This document shows, one piece after another, positions 49,052 to 58,520 of a DNA stretch of 58,520 nt. How positions within the stretch are numbered: the stretch's first letter is position 1; each line of letters starts with the position of its first letter. Source of the DNA: Anaerolineae bacterium (GTDB lineage Bacteria; Chloroflexota; Anaerolineae; JACIWR01); contig JANLFX010000009.1 of assembly GCA_024653325.1 (NCBI GenBank), positions 1-58,520 on the forward strand, written 5' to 3'. The translations under genes were made by a program, and so were the position numbers. Below the pieces are notes generated by a model. The model ran no database searches. It had not been told where the DNA came from and saw only the letters and a list, made by a program, of their open reading frames with translations.

Positions 49052-49816
49052 TTACATATTTGCAGAGCGCCACCACCGATAATGGTGTGTGCGTAATTCC
49101 TCCTGCGATAGCATGGGGAAGTAAAGGAGTTGTTGCTCATTCCCGATGAAAATTCCGTTCTTTATCAAGCGGTATGCAAAAGAGGCCGGATGAATACGAT
49201 CAACCATTTTGCTATGGACCGTTTTAGTCTTCAGCTCTACCAGACATTGGCGCAGGTGATCAATGTTAGAATAGGGCAGATCGCGTACAGCTCCATGTTC
49301 GGGGTCCTCGGCCAGCTCACCCAGTTTCAACTCCACGAAACAAACCGCTGGCAGGGATAAGAGACTGGTCGGAGTTTTGACGATCAATTCGTAAAACTCG
49401 CGGGGCCCCAAGGTACTGACTACTCGCGGATGCACTGGCGCGATCTCCTGGTAAAGGTGCAGTCCGGTCGTTTCCGTGGGCAACTCCGGGCTCGAATCCA
49501 AGCCCAGCACCCGTCCGTCTTGGGTCACCAGGTAAAGCTTTTGAATCACGTCTAGGGGAACATGCTCCAATACCCGATAGACGGAGATATAGATTGATCG
49601 CTTGGGGCTGCCATCCTCGTGAGGCACGCAGCGCCGTATCCCTTCCTCAATGCGGAAAAAATCGTGTCTGAAGTCGGGATCAACCTCACAGAAAATAGCC
49701 TGTCCACGGGCCCTTTTCTGGCTTCCGACCGCGTAGTAGGTCCCAAATTCTTCAGGCGTTAACATGGAAGCAATCAGCGCTTCCGGGATCATTGAAAGGT
49801 AAAGGTGGATAGTCAT
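49052..49816 (-). CDS. Hypothetical protein upstream of hppA
   Basis: 254-aa ORF with RBS AAGGAG; LYLSMIPEALIASML.PEEFG.YYAVG, CVPH.DGSPKRS.Y.S.YRVLEH; function not recognised. Confidence 0.75.
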   Translation of the reverse strand: MTIHLYLSMIPEALIASMLTPEEFGTYYAVGSQKRARGQAIFCEVDPDFRHDFFRIEEGIRRCVPHEDGSPKRSIYISVYRVLEHVPLDVIQKLYLVTQDGRVLGLDSSPELPTETTGLHLYQEIAPVHPRVVSTLGPREFYELIVKTPTSLLSLPAVCFVELKLGELAEDPEHGAVRDLPYSNIDHLRQCLVELKTKTVHSKMVDRIHPASFAYRLIKNGIFIGNEQQLLYFPMLSQEELRTHHYRWWRSANM

Positions 49817-49894
49817 CGTTGCTTCATCTCCTTTTCCTTTAGTGGCTGGTTGCTCCGGTGCTGGTTATCAATCACCAGCAACCAGCAACGGCAA

Positions 49895-50347
49895 CTAACA
49901 AACAGCAGGCGAATGATCCGTTTGTGCGTCCAGATAGTCTTGCAGGATGACGGCTGCGGCGACCGCGTCTATCCGCTGCCGTCGTCGGCGTGCTGGTCGC
50001 CCAGCCTCGATCATCAATTGCTCGGCGCTGGAAGTGGACAGCCGTTCGTCCCAGAGGATCAAGGGCACCGATAACGCCTTCGCCAGCGCGTTGGCGTAGC
50101 GCTGCACGCGCCGGGCCTGGGGCCCCAGCGTTCCATCCAGACTGCGTGGGAGGCCGACGACTATCAAACCCACTTTGTGTTCACGCACCAGTTCCATGAT
50201 AGCGGCAAAGTCTTCTGCCCGCGAACGCCGTTCCAGTACGCACAGGCTGCGGGCCAGCGTGCGGGTAGGATCGCTGACCGCTACCCCAATGCGCCGCTCC
50301 CCCAGGTCCAAAGCCATCACCCGCGTGCCCGCTTCGGCCACCCTCAC
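49895..50347 (-). CDS. ruvX: YqgF/RuvX pre-16S rRNA nuclease
   Basis: ALDLGERRIGVAVSD, VVGLP, WDERLST, IDAVAAAVILQ.YL. Confidence 0.95.
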   Translation of the reverse strand: MRVAEAGTRVMALDLGERRIGVAVSDPTRTLARSLCVLERRSRAEDFAAIMELVREHKVGLIVVGLPRSLDGTLGPQARRVQRYANALAKALSVPLILWDERLSTSSAEQLMIEAGRPARRRRQRIDAVAAAVILQDYLDAQTDHSPAVC

Positions 50348-51867
50348 CCTCCCGTCTGCACGATGACATTGATGCGCAGTGGTAGCCAGGGAATACGGCG
50401 CAGTGGCAACCACTCCGGAGTGAGGGTCACCCGAGGTTCGGCACGTAGCGGAACGTTGGCCCGCAGATAATCCAGTGCATACTCAGGCGTCTGCCCCCGG
50501 ATGGCTTCCTGGATTAAGGGCACATCCATGTGAGCAGCCATTACCCCGCTGCCTTCCATGATAAATTGTACCGCCCGGTCCTCCTGGCGCACGCCGACCA
50601 CCTCAGCGCGTTGCAGGTGGCATGTCTCGGGCCGCAGGTCAAAGCCACTACGCACCTGGTTGCGCAATATTTCCAGCATTAATGGAGTAGCATCTGCTTC
50701 GTCAATGACCACCCCACTGACAACAACCCGCATCTCCAATCCCAGGGTATCGGCCACCTCGGCTACAAATTTGTCATAGTTCTCGACGAGGATAACCTCT
50801 ACCTGCAATGACTCGATGGGTATAAATTCGCTCTCGCCCAGCTCCGCCGTCATAGCTTCGTAAGCTTTTTGTTGGAGCTGCTGCAAAAGCAACGCCCGCA
50901 ATCGGTTTTTGTCTTCCTGAGTGACCATGCTCGCCTTCTTAACCGTACCCCCACCGGTAGGTTCGTCATTGGTCACCCGCACTTTCACCGCCATTGGCCC
51001 CTCAACGCGGTTGATCAGGTTTACCCCTACGTTACCGATGGGACCTGGTTCCGCCGCCTGAACGCCGACCCGTCCGATGCTGCCCACAGTGGGGGGCAGG
51101 GTGACGTCCTCCAGGGTGATAAAGCGGATGGGGGTGCCTGCTGAGGTGGAAACGGTCGTTCCCTTGGGCACGGTGACTGAGGCCGGTGTGCGGTTGATGA
51201 AAACCACCGTGCCGGTCGCCGGGGCATCGGGAGCGTCTGTGGTCCCGGTGGTGGGAATCTGCGCCCGGTCTTCCACGCGGGTCTCGACGACTCGCGCCGG
51301 TAACAGTAACTGCTTGGCGTCCACCGTTTCCACCGCCGGTGAGGCGGTGAGAGGTACGGCTATGCTGATCATTTCACTGGCCGGCATCAGGACGATTTGG
51401 GCACCAGGCAGGATAAGATACGCCCCCAGAAGCAACACTCCTACCACGAGCAAGAACGTTGCCGCCGCCAGGAGTTGCCGGGCGACCCCCCATGCCCGTT
51501 GTAGGTGGGGATATTTCTGGAGCACTGGCCATAACAGACGGCGTGGTTGAGGACGGCGCGGCGGTGCGGGTACATCCTCCTCACCGGCTTTTCGCCAGCG
51601 CGCCCGTTGACCACGTTTGGCAGTGGAAAAAACGCTGAATTTATGCTCGTAGGCCAGGTCCTGGACAACGGGATCTTTGCTGACCAGGGCTATCTCAATG
51701 CCCAAAGCATCCGCTTGACGGCGCAGGAGTTTGAAATCCAGGGGACGGTGCAAAGCTGGGCAATCGCGCGGGATCACTAATAGGACTCGTGGCGCCTGCG
51801 CCCATTCCAGGCGATTGCGGATGGTAGTGATGTCGTCATCAACTTCCAGATAGATAATTTGCTGCAT
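50344..51867 (-). CDS. Membrane-anchored baseplate J/gp47-like protein
   Basis: N-terminal YLEVDDDIT alpha/beta domain, single TM (LLAAATFLLVVGVLLLGAYLILP), then ATGTVVFIN...VPKGT.V...F.T...V.A.EPG..GNV...V.N....GG. Confidence 0.75.
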   Translation of the reverse strand: MQQIIYLEVDDDITTIRNRLEWAQAPRVLLVIPRDCPALHRPLDFKLLRRQADALGIEIALVSKDPVVQDLAYEHKFSVFSTAKRGQRARWRKAGEEDVPAPPRRPQPRRLLWPVLQKYPHLQRAWGVARQLLAAATFLLVVGVLLLGAYLILPGAQIVLMPASEMISIAVPLTASPAVETVDAKQLLLPARVVETRVEDRAQIPTTGTTDAPDAPATGTVVFINRTPASVTVPKGTTVSTSAGTPIRFITLEDVTLPPTVGSIGRVGVQAAEPGPIGNVGVNLINRVEGPMAVKVRVTNDEPTGGGTVKKASMVTQEDKNRLRALLLQQLQQKAYEAMTAELGESEFIPIESLQVEVILVENYDKFVAEVADTLGLEMRVVVSGVVIDEADATPLMLEILRNQVRSGFDLRPETCHLQRAEVVGVRQEDRAVQFIMEGSGVMAAHMDVPLIQEAIRGQTPEYALDYLRANVPLRAEPRVTLTPEWLPLRRIPWLPLRINVIVQTGG

Positions 51868-51914
51868 AGTCCTATCACGACCGCGAGGGTTTGGAAGGCG
51901 GCATAAATGCCGCG

Positions 51915-53168
51915 TCACGTCAGTACAGTCTTTATCAACGGAGCGAGGGCTCTTTCCGCCGGACCATCGCCGGATTTTACCGGCCAGCAGGCCAGGCTCA
52001 GGGCTGTTGTTTCCTCCACGTCCCAGAGTCGCCCTGTGCCGTTGATCGGACCGGGCAATTGTACCGGATCCAGACGCTGTATCTGGGGATACCGGGCGAA
52101 GGGCAATCTGCTTATCCAGGGGTAAGTGCGCGTTGCCTCTAATACGTCTGGCCAGCGACTACCGCCGCCACACAGGTAGATTTGGTGGGGCAGGTATTCT
52201 GAGACAGCCATACGCTCCAGGCAACCGGCAACGGCCTGCAGCCAGTTTTGGATGGTATCCCTCAAGGCCGCCTGCACGTGGGCTGTGTCCTCCTCGCTTA
52301 ACAGTCCTTTTTCATAGGCTCTTTGCAGGGCTTGCATTTGGCGACCGGAGAGATTGAACACGGCAGCCAGGCTCTGGCCGAACCCATCACCCCCCAGCGG
52401 CAGGGCATCGGCGGCCAGCAGCTTGCCGTTGCATATCAAATATACCCCCGTACTCATGCCCCCGACATCGAGCACGATGCTATCCCGGTTCAGGTGATGG
52501 GCCATGGCTTGGGGTTCAGCTACCAGATAAGCTGGCTCCAGCTCCAGGGCTTCAGCCAGAGTGTAGAGGGCAGCGAGGGCCTCGCCTGGCGCGGCAGCCA
52601 CGGACACAGTGGCTGCCAGCTCGCCACCCTGAAGGCCCAGCGGGTCGGTTACCCGGTGTCCGTCTATCGCAAGAGAGACCAGTGAAGCATCTACCACCGT
52701 CAGGGAAGCAATTGTCGGGGATAGTCTACGGGCAAGATCTTGTGTGGCCAGCCGTCCCGCACGAACCACAACCCGTTCCACTTCATCCTCTTCAACCCTG
52801 ACCTCTGGCTGGCGGCGGCGATGGACGAAAGTCTGACAGGATATGGCCAGCCAGTGGCATGGAATGCCGATGACTGCTGTGTCGGGGACGACTTTGCGAC
52901 CGGTGGTCTCTTCGGTCATGTCCTCGGCTTGGCAAAGGGCCGCTTCGCAGGCCACGGCCAACGCATTGGCATCGGCGATTTTTCCATTGGCGGCAAAGGC
53001 TCCGCGATGGTGTGCGCGCCCGCGACCGATGACCCTTGCTTCACCATTCTGTTCGGCCACGACTAACGTCTTGGCCCATGTGGTGCCCACGTCCAAAATG
53101 CTGCGGTATGCCGGTCCATTGCCCGCGCCGCCGGGCCGCTTGAACTTGAGCCATATCCTGCGTGCCAA
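51915..53168 (-). CDS. FtsA-like actin-fold ATPase (divergent)
   Basis: LDVGT (phosphate 1), AEPQA (connect 1), LDVGGMST (phosphate 2), LGGDGF, YLCGGGS (adenosine); IDGHRVTDPLG. Confidence 0.75.
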   Translation of the reverse strand: MARRIWLKFKRPGGAGNGPAYRSILDVGTTWAKTLVVAEQNGEARVIGRGRAHHRGAFAANGKIADANALAVACEAALCQAEDMTEETTGRKVVPDTAVIGIPCHWLAISCQTFVHRRRQPEVRVEEDEVERVVVRAGRLATQDLARRLSPTIASLTVVDASLVSLAIDGHRVTDPLGLQGGELAATVSVAAAPGEALAALYTLAEALELEPAYLVAEPQAMAHHLNRDSIVLDVGGMSTGVYLICNGKLLAADALPLGGDGFGQSLAAVFNLSGRQMQALQRAYEKGLLSEEDTAHVQAALRDTIQNWLQAVAGCLERMAVSEYLPHQIYLCGGGSRWPDVLEATRTYPWISRLPFARYPQIQRLDPVQLPGPINGTGRLWDVEETTALSLACWPVKSGDGPAERALAPLIKTVLT

Positions 53169-53257
53169 GCCCCTGTCCTTTCACGTAGCGCAAGCTACAG
53201 CGCGGTATTTGAGCAAGTGGGATACTATCATACCGCCGTTAGGGTAGAAAGTCAAAT

Positions 53258-53283
53258 GTAGGACAAGCTAAAGCTTGTCCTAC
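53258..53283. repeat. GTAG-type REP palindrome
   Basis: GTAGGACAAGCT-AA-AGCTTGTCCTAC; related copies at 27321-27349 and 35196-35222. Confidence 0.75.
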
Positions 53284-53288
53284 AGAGT

Positions 53289-54368
53289 TCACCCGATGAT
53301 GCCTCCACCCAAGACCACGTCTCCCTGGTAGAAAACCACCCCCTGACCGGGAGTGATGTCCCGCAGGAGGTGAGAGAAGGCCAGGTGAGCCCGGCTCCCA
53401 TCCAATGGGGTCAGGGTCGCATGTGCCAGTTGCGCTTGGCGGCGAATTTTGGCCGTGATCCGAAGCGGGGCAGAGGGGGCGTGGCCAGATATGTAATTTA
53501 CTTCCTCGGCGATTAACTCGCTCCGACCCAGTTCGGACGCGGGACCGACGATCAGTGCGTTGCGAACCGGATCAATTTCCAGCACGTACAAAGCTTCCGG
53601 CGCGGCGATACCCATCCCACTGCGTTGTCCGATGGTGTAAAAGGGCAGCCCCTTGTGCTCACCCAGGAGCCGACCCGCGCTGTCGAAAATGGGTCCAGGC
53701 TGAATGGTCTGGGGTGCATATTGGCGCAAAAACCGCCGATAGTCGTTATCCAGGACGAAGCATAGATCCTGACTCTCCTCTTTTTCGGCCACGGGGAGCG
53801 CGCGTTGACGGGCGATAGCCCGTACCTGGGCTTTGGTGTAATTACCCAGAGGGAAGAGGAGGTGGTGCAACTCTTTCTGACCCAGCATGTAGAGCACGTA
53901 GGATTGATCTTTGTCAGGATCCACCCCCTTGCAGAGCTGATACTCGCCGTTGTTCCTGCGGATACGGGCATAGTGGCCGGTGGCCAGGTATTGTGCATCC
54001 AGGCTTAAAGCATGGCGGAGCAGGAGATCAAACTTGATGCGGCGGTTGCAGTACAAGCACGGATTTGGCGTCCGACCTCGCGCGTACTCTGCCACGAAGG
54101 TATGCACCACATGGTGTTTGAATTCCTGCTCATAATTCACCAAATGAAAGGGAATACCAAGAAGCCGACACACCTGCTGTGCATCGTTGACCGCTTCGGA
54201 AGAACAGCAGCGATTGGCACTGGCTTCTTCACTCCTCCCATCCTGCTCCGCCCAGAGGCGCATCATTGTCCCAACGACCTGGTAACCCTGGTCCAAAAGC
54301 ATGGCGGCGGCTACAGCGCTATCCACTCCACCGCTTAAGGCTACTACCACACGCTTCTCATTACCCAT
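53289..54368 (-). CDS. mnmA: tRNA 2-thiouridylase MnmA
   Basis: SGGVDS, TPNPC..CN, ATGHYAR, KDQSY, ESQDLCF, YTIGQR, TPGQ. Confidence 0.97.
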   Translation of the reverse strand: MGNEKRVVVALSGGVDSAVAAAMLLDQGYQVVGTMMRLWAEQDGRSEEASANRCCSSEAVNDAQQVCRLLGIPFHLVNYEQEFKHHVVHTFVAEYARGRTPNPCLYCNRRIKFDLLLRHALSLDAQYLATGHYARIRRNNGEYQLCKGVDPDKDQSYVLYMLGQKELHHLLFPLGNYTKAQVRAIARQRALPVAEKEESQDLCFVLDNDYRRFLRQYAPQTIQPGPIFDSAGRLLGEHKGLPFYTIGQRSGMGIAAPEALYVLEIDPVRNALIVGPASELGRSELIAEEVNYISGHAPSAPLRITAKIRRQAQLAHATLTPLDGSRAHLAFSHLLRDITPGQGVVFYQGDVVLGGGIIG

Positions 54369-54375
54369 TACCTAT

Positions 54376-54762
54376 TTACCCATTACTCGTTATCGCCAAT
54401 CGTTGTCGGTAATCAGCGATGGCGGCATGAATGGCATCGGCGGCCAGGTTGGAACAGTGCATCTTGATAGGCGGCAGTCCGCCCAACGCCTCGGCCACGG
54501 CGCGATTGCTCAGCTCCTCGGCTTCCTCCAAAGTCTTGCCTTTCACCATCTCGGTAGCTATGGAGCTGGTGGCAATGGCCGCTCCACAACCAAAGGTACG
54601 GAATTTGATGTCGGCGATGTGATTATCCTTCACCTTGATGAAAATCTCCATCATGTCGCCGCAGACAGGATTACCCACTTTCCCCACGCCGTCGGGGTTC
54701 TCAATCACGCCCACGTTGCGCGGGTTCATGAAGTGCTCCATGACCAGTTCAGAATATTCCAT
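54376..54762 (-). CDS. iscU: Fe-S cluster scaffold IscU/NifU
   Basis: HFMNPRNVG, GNPVCGD, FGCGAAIA, LPPIKMHCS. Confidence 0.95.
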   Translation of the reverse strand: MEYSELVMEHFMNPRNVGVIENPDGVGKVGNPVCGDMMEIFIKVKDNHIADIKFRTFGCGAAIATSSIATEMVKGKTLEEAEELSNRAVAEALGGLPPIKMHCSNLAADAIHAAIADYRQRLAITSNG

Positions 54763-54883
54763 GGTCGTTTTTCACCTCAATAGTTAAAGGTTAACCACGA
54801 AGGACACGAAGTACACAAAGACATCGCATTTTTACCTTTGTTTTCTTCGCGTCCTTTGCGGGGCATCTTCTTGCCCTACGTCA

Positions 54884-56071
54884 CTATCTGGCACCCTGGT
54901 ACAGAGGGCTCATCATCCGCAGCTTTTCCACGATGCCCGGCAGGACCTCTAACACGTAGTCCACGTCCTCCTCGGTGTTCTCGTTGCCCAGTGTCAGGCG
55001 CAGGGAGCCATGGGCTTCTTCGGCGGGGATGCCCATGGCCAGCAACACGTGTGATGGCTCCAATGAAGCTGAAGTACACGCTGAACCGCTGGAGGCGCAG
55101 ATGCCCAACATGTCCAGGTTGAGCAGGATGGATTCGCCCTCGATGTATTTGAACGCAAAGCTGGCGTTATTGGGCAGGCGCTGGGTGGGATGGCCAGTGA
55201 GTTGGACCTCCGGGATGCGTTCCAAAACGCCCTGAATCAACCGTTCCCGCAGAGCGGTGATGCGTGCATTGTTCTCTTCCGCATGATCGTAAGCCAGCTT
55301 GAGGGCGGTGGCCAGGCCGACAATGCCGGCCACGTTCTCCGTACCCGCCCGTCGTTGTCGTTCGTGCCCACCGCCAGTCTGTATCGGCAGCAAGGGTGTG
55401 CCCTTGCGCACGTACAATACCCCAACCCCTTTGGGCCCATAGAATTTGTGGGCGGACAGGGAAAGTAAATCTACATGGAGCTCGTCCACATTCAGGGGGA
55501 GCGTACCGCCGGCCTGCACCGCGTCGGTGTGGAAGGGGATGCCATGTTCGTGGGCGATTTTTCCGATCTCAGCGATGGGCTGGATGGTGCCCACCTCATT
55601 GTTGGCCGCCATCACGCTGATCAGCACGGTGTCATCGCGGATGGCCCGCCGCACGTCTTCGGGGTCTACCATGGCATATTTGTCCACCGGCAGGTAGGTG
55701 ACCTCGAAGCCGAAATACTTTTCTAATTGCTCGCAGGTGTGGCCGATGGCATGGTGCTCAATGGAGGAGGTAATGATATGATTGCCCTTGCCCCTGTGTT
55801 GCTGGGCGAAGGCCACCCCGCGTACAGCGAGATTGTCGCTTTCGGAGCCGCAACTGGTGAAGATGATCTCTTTCGGCTCACAATTCAGGATGTCAGCCAC
55901 TGTTTTTCGGGCTTCCTCCATCGCCCTGGCAGCTTCTCGCCCCAGTGAATAGATGCTGGAAGCATTGCCGTACCGTTCTGTCCAATAGGGTAACATGGCC
56001 TCCATCACACGCGGATCTACGGCGGTGGTGGCCGCGTGGTCCAGGTAGATCACCTTTTTAGGTTTTTCCAT
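54884..56071 (-). CDS. iscS: Cysteine desulfurase IscS/NifS
   Basis: [42 protein letters not shown]. Confidence 0.97.
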   Translation of the reverse strand: MEKPKKVIYLDHAATTAVDPRVMEAMLPYWTERYGNASSIYSLGREAARAMEEARKTVADILNCEPKEIIFTSCGSESDNLAVRGVAFAQQHRGKGNHIITSSIEHHAIGHTCEQLEKYFGFEVTYLPVDKYAMVDPEDVRRAIRDDTVLISVMAANNEVGTIQPIAEIGKIAHEHGIPFHTDAVQAGGTLPLNVDELHVDLLSLSAHKFYGPKGVGVLYVRKGTPLLPIQTGGGHERQRRAGTENVAGIVGLATALKLAYDHAEENNARITALRERLIQGVLERIPEVQLTGHPTQRLPNNASFAFKYIEGESILLNLDMLGICASSGSACTSASLEPSHVLLAMGIPAEEAHGSLRLTLGNENTEEDVDYVLEVLPGIVEKLRMMSPLYQGAR

Positions 56072-56090
56072 TTCATCTCCTTTGATTTTA

Positions 56091-56147
56091 GTGATTAGGT
56101 GGTTGGGTGGTTAGGTGGTTAGGTGGTTGGGTGGTTGGGTGGTTGGG
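56091..56147. repeat. 8-bp tandem repeat (GTGGTTRG)n overlapping the cysK 3' end
   Basis: About 7 units of gtggttgg/gtggttag; encodes ...QPPNHPTT and the cysK stop. Confidence 0.85.
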
Positions 56148-57078
56148 CGAACAGGCCGGTGCTCAGATAGCGCTCGCCCGTGTCCGGCAAAACAACAACC
56201 ACGGTTTGGTTTGGCCCCAGGCGCTGAGCTATCTGCAAGGCAGCATGGGCTGCGGCCCCGGATGAAATACCCACCAGCAATCCTTCCTGGCGGGCCAGAC
56301 GGCGAGCCATTGCCGCAGCATCCTCATCCGTCACGGTGATGACCTCATCTACCAGGCTCATATCCAGTACATCCGGGATAAACCCCGCACCAATACCCTG
56401 AATCTTGTGCGCACCAGGTTGACCCCCAGACAGTACCGGTGAGGCCGCCGGTTCCACGGCTACAATCAGAATCTGGGGGTATTTCTCGCGCAACACCTGG
56501 CCCGCGCCGGTGATCGTTCCGCCGGTGCCTACCCCGGCCACAAAGGCGTGGATGGGGCCAGGCACCTGGGCCAAAATCTCCGGGCCAGTAGTGAGGGCGT
56601 GGACCTGCGGATTGGCCGGGTTTTTGAATTGCTGGGGCATGAAGTAGCCGGGATTCTCGCGCACCAACTTCTCCGCTTGTTCTACTGCTCCGCGCATCCC
56701 CTGGCTGCCCGGGGTGAGGACCAGCTCCGCACCATAGGCGGCCAATAGAGTACGCCGTTCCTGGCTCATGGTCTCGGGCATGGTCAGGATCAGACGATAT
56801 CCTTTGACCGCGGCCACCATCGCCAACCCGACGCCAGTGTTCCCACTGGTCGGTTCGACGATGGTATCACCTGGCCGCAGCCGGCCATCTCGCTCCGCCG
56901 CTTCAATCATGGCTAGAGCGATACGATCTTTCACGCTGCCACCCGGGTTGGCTTTCTCCAGCTTGGCCCACACCGTCGCCGCACCGGCCGGCAGGCAGCG
57001 ATTGAGACGCACCACTGGTGTGTGTCCGATAAAGTCAAGCACGCTGTTTCTGATAGGCGCTGTCGGAAGATCATTCAT
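56119..57078 (-). CDS. cysK: Cysteine synthase A
   Basis: [49 protein letters not shown]. Confidence 0.97.
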   Translation of the reverse strand: MNDLPTAPIRNSVLDFIGHTPVVRLNRCLPAGAATVWAKLEKANPGGSVKDRIALAMIEAAERDGRLRPGDTIVEPTSGNTGVGLAMVAAVKGYRLILTMPETMSQERRTLLAAYGAELVLTPGSQGMRGAVEQAEKLVRENPGYFMPQQFKNPANPQVHALTTGPEILAQVPGPIHAFVAGVGTGGTITGAGQVLREKYPQILIVAVEPAASPVLSGGQPGAHKIQGIGAGFIPDVLDMSLVDEVITVTDEDAAAMARRLARQEGLLVGISSGAAAHAALQIAQRLGPNQTVVVVLPDTGERYLSTGLFAQPPNHPTT

Positions 57079-57865
57079 GGCTTCCGCTCGTCATTTCCTC
57101 TACATATACCGAATGATGGTGGTCGTCCTCCAGGGCTGCCAACCGGTTCTCCAGTTGTTCAATCCGTTCATAAAGCCGGGTCATGACCTGCAGTACCGGG
57201 TCTGGCAGCCGCTCGTGGTGCAATTCCATATCCGGCCGGCAATCCACCCCGTTGATTTTGACCACCCGGCCGGGTACGCCGACCACCGTGGCTCCTGGAG
57301 GTACGGGCTTGACCACCACCGAACCGGAGCCAATCTTCGCCCCATCGCCAATGGTGATCGGGCCCAGCACTATGGCATCCGAACCCAGTACCACGTGGTT
57401 GCCGATAGTCGGGTGACGCTTGGTTTTCTGGGTGGAAACGCCGCCCAAAACCACCCCTTTATACATCAACACATCGTCGCCGATTTCCGCCGTTTCGCCG
57501 ATCACCACGCCCATTCCATGGTCAATGAAGAACCGTCGGCCAATAATCGCGCCGGGATGGATTTCGATGCCGGTCAAGAAACGGCTCACATGCGAGAGCA
57601 GGCGGCCCAAGAACTTGAAGTTGTGAGTCCACAGCCAATGAGCTATACGGTGTAGCCATACCGCGTGCAGGCCGGGGTAACAGGTCAATACCTCCAATAC
57701 ACTACGTGCGGCCGGGTCTTTAGCAAAAGCTGTCTCTACGTCCTCACGAAACCTGGGCCATAGACTCGCCGGTGCTTCGCACGCAACCATCGCGGGCGAA
57801 ATGTTATCTGCAGGAGATGTGCCGGGTCGCTGTGCTTCCGGCGGTACGTCTTTTAATTTCAACAT
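57071..57865 (-). CDS. cysE: Serine O-acetyltransferase
   Basis: KDPAARS..EV...[39 protein letters not shown]. Confidence 0.96.
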   Translation of the reverse strand: MLKLKDVPPEAQRPGTSPADNISPAMVACEAPASLWPRFREDVETAFAKDPAARSVLEVLTCYPGLHAVWLHRIAHWLWTHNFKFLGRLLSHVSRFLTGIEIHPGAIIGRRFFIDHGMGVVIGETAEIGDDVLMYKGVVLGGVSTQKTKRHPTIGNHVVLGSDAIVLGPITIGDGAKIGSGSVVVKPVPPGATVVGVPGRVVKINGVDCRPDMELHHERLPDPVLQVMTRLYERIEQLENRLAALEDDHHHSVYVEEMTSGSHE

Positions 57866-57913
57866 AAGATAAGTCTCTTGACTCCGTGGTGCAGGATAGT
57901 CTATAGCCGATGG

Positions 57914-58324
57914 TCAGACCGGAGGCCGGATGTCTGCCAGAGTGATGTTGTCCAAAGTTTCGGTCAGCCGGTCGCGTACGATTTGCCATACGCTGCGCGT
58001 AGCACAACGGCTTCCCAATGAACAAGGCTCACAAGATTGGTCTGTCACGCAGCGGATAGGAACGATGGCCCCCTCCAACACGCGGATGACATCACCCACG
58101 GTGATCTTTTCCGGTGGTTGGGCCAGCGAGTAACCACCGTTGGCTCCTCGGGTGCTGACCAGCAGTCCGGCCCGCCGCAGGGGAGCAACAACTTGCTCCA
58201 GGTAGGATAGGGAAACCTCCTGGGTAGCAGCCACTTCGCTGAGGGGTACCGGTCCACTCCCATACCATCGCGCCAGTTCGACCATTGCCCGCAGGCCCGT
58301 CTGTTCTCTGGCGGAGAAACGCAT
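57914..58324 (-). CDS. Rrf2-family regulator (IscR/CymR-like) with Cys cluster
   Basis: SYLEQ, S.RGANGGY.L, IT.GD.IR.LEG, CVTDQSCEPCSLGSRC. Confidence 0.93.
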   Translation of the reverse strand: MRFSAREQTGLRAMVELARWYGSGPVPLSEVAATQEVSLSYLEQVVAPLRRAGLLVSTRGANGGYSLAQPPEKITVGDVIRVLEGAIVPIRCVTDQSCEPCSLGSRCATRSVWQIVRDRLTETLDNITLADIRPPV

Positions 58325-58343
58325 ACCCAACCCCTCGCCTTTC

Positions 58344-58367
58344 AATTCCTAGTAAAAACTCGGAATT
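58344..58367. promoter_or_regulatory. Palindromic operator, probable Rrf2 autoregulatory site
   Basis: AATTCCTAGT-AAAA-ACTCGGAATT immediately downstream of the -10. Confidence 0.7.
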
Positions 58368-58396
58368 ATTCTACCATACAGTTTGTTTCTTGTCAA
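58368..58396 (-). promoter_or_regulatory. sigma70 promoter of the Rrf2-cysE-cysK-iscS-iscU-mnmA operon
   Basis: TTGACA, 17 bp, TGgTAGAAT on the - strand. Confidence 0.85.
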
Positions 58397-58520
58397 GGAA
58401 GCCTGAGGTGTGGGGTGCGTTTCAGTTTCGGGGCAGGTTTGTCCCGTAGCAGCCGACCGCTGTTGCGTCCTGAGCGAAGTTGGGGTAGCCGCGCTTTCCA
58501 TAGCGCGGCCGACGGCCCCC

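Noticed and set aside
50344-51867. Prophage or contractile injection system
   Set aside because: No other phage or tail genes nearby; the protein has a TM anchor and housekeeping neighbours.

Overview
GC-rich bacterial chromosomal segment, most consistent with Chloroflexota (Anaerolineae-like); this is inferred from gene content and from a GAAC-N4-GTTC LexA box. Mostly housekeeping and anaerobic-metabolism genes: lexA, tRNA-Lys, rqcH, 2-oxoacid:ferredoxin oxidoreductase, acyl-CoA dehydrogenase, galK, rplI, rodZ, rimO, recD2, etfBA, ybeY, nfo, hppA, ruvX, and an Rrf2-cysE-cysK-iscS-iscU-mnmA operon. The most notable locus is a complete N-type (Na+-motif) F-ATPase operon at 8351-15241 on the - strand. 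It has a PstA/DarA-like (c-di-AMP receptor fold, PII-like) gene inserted between alpha and gamma and overlapping the alpha stop, an epsilon subunit that lacks its inhibitory C-terminal domain, and an N-terminally extended alpha subunit. Other points of interest are an FtsA-like actin-fold gene paired with a membrane-anchored baseplate-J-like gene with no phage context, an in-frame IS200/IS605-end-like mini-element inside a membrane glycosyltransferase-like gene, a two-copy hairpin-rich MITE, many GTAG-type REP palindromes that supply stop codons, and several pseudogenes (transposase, mscS, hicA, an antitoxin-like ORF). All product calls come from recognising motifs by eye; no searches were run.
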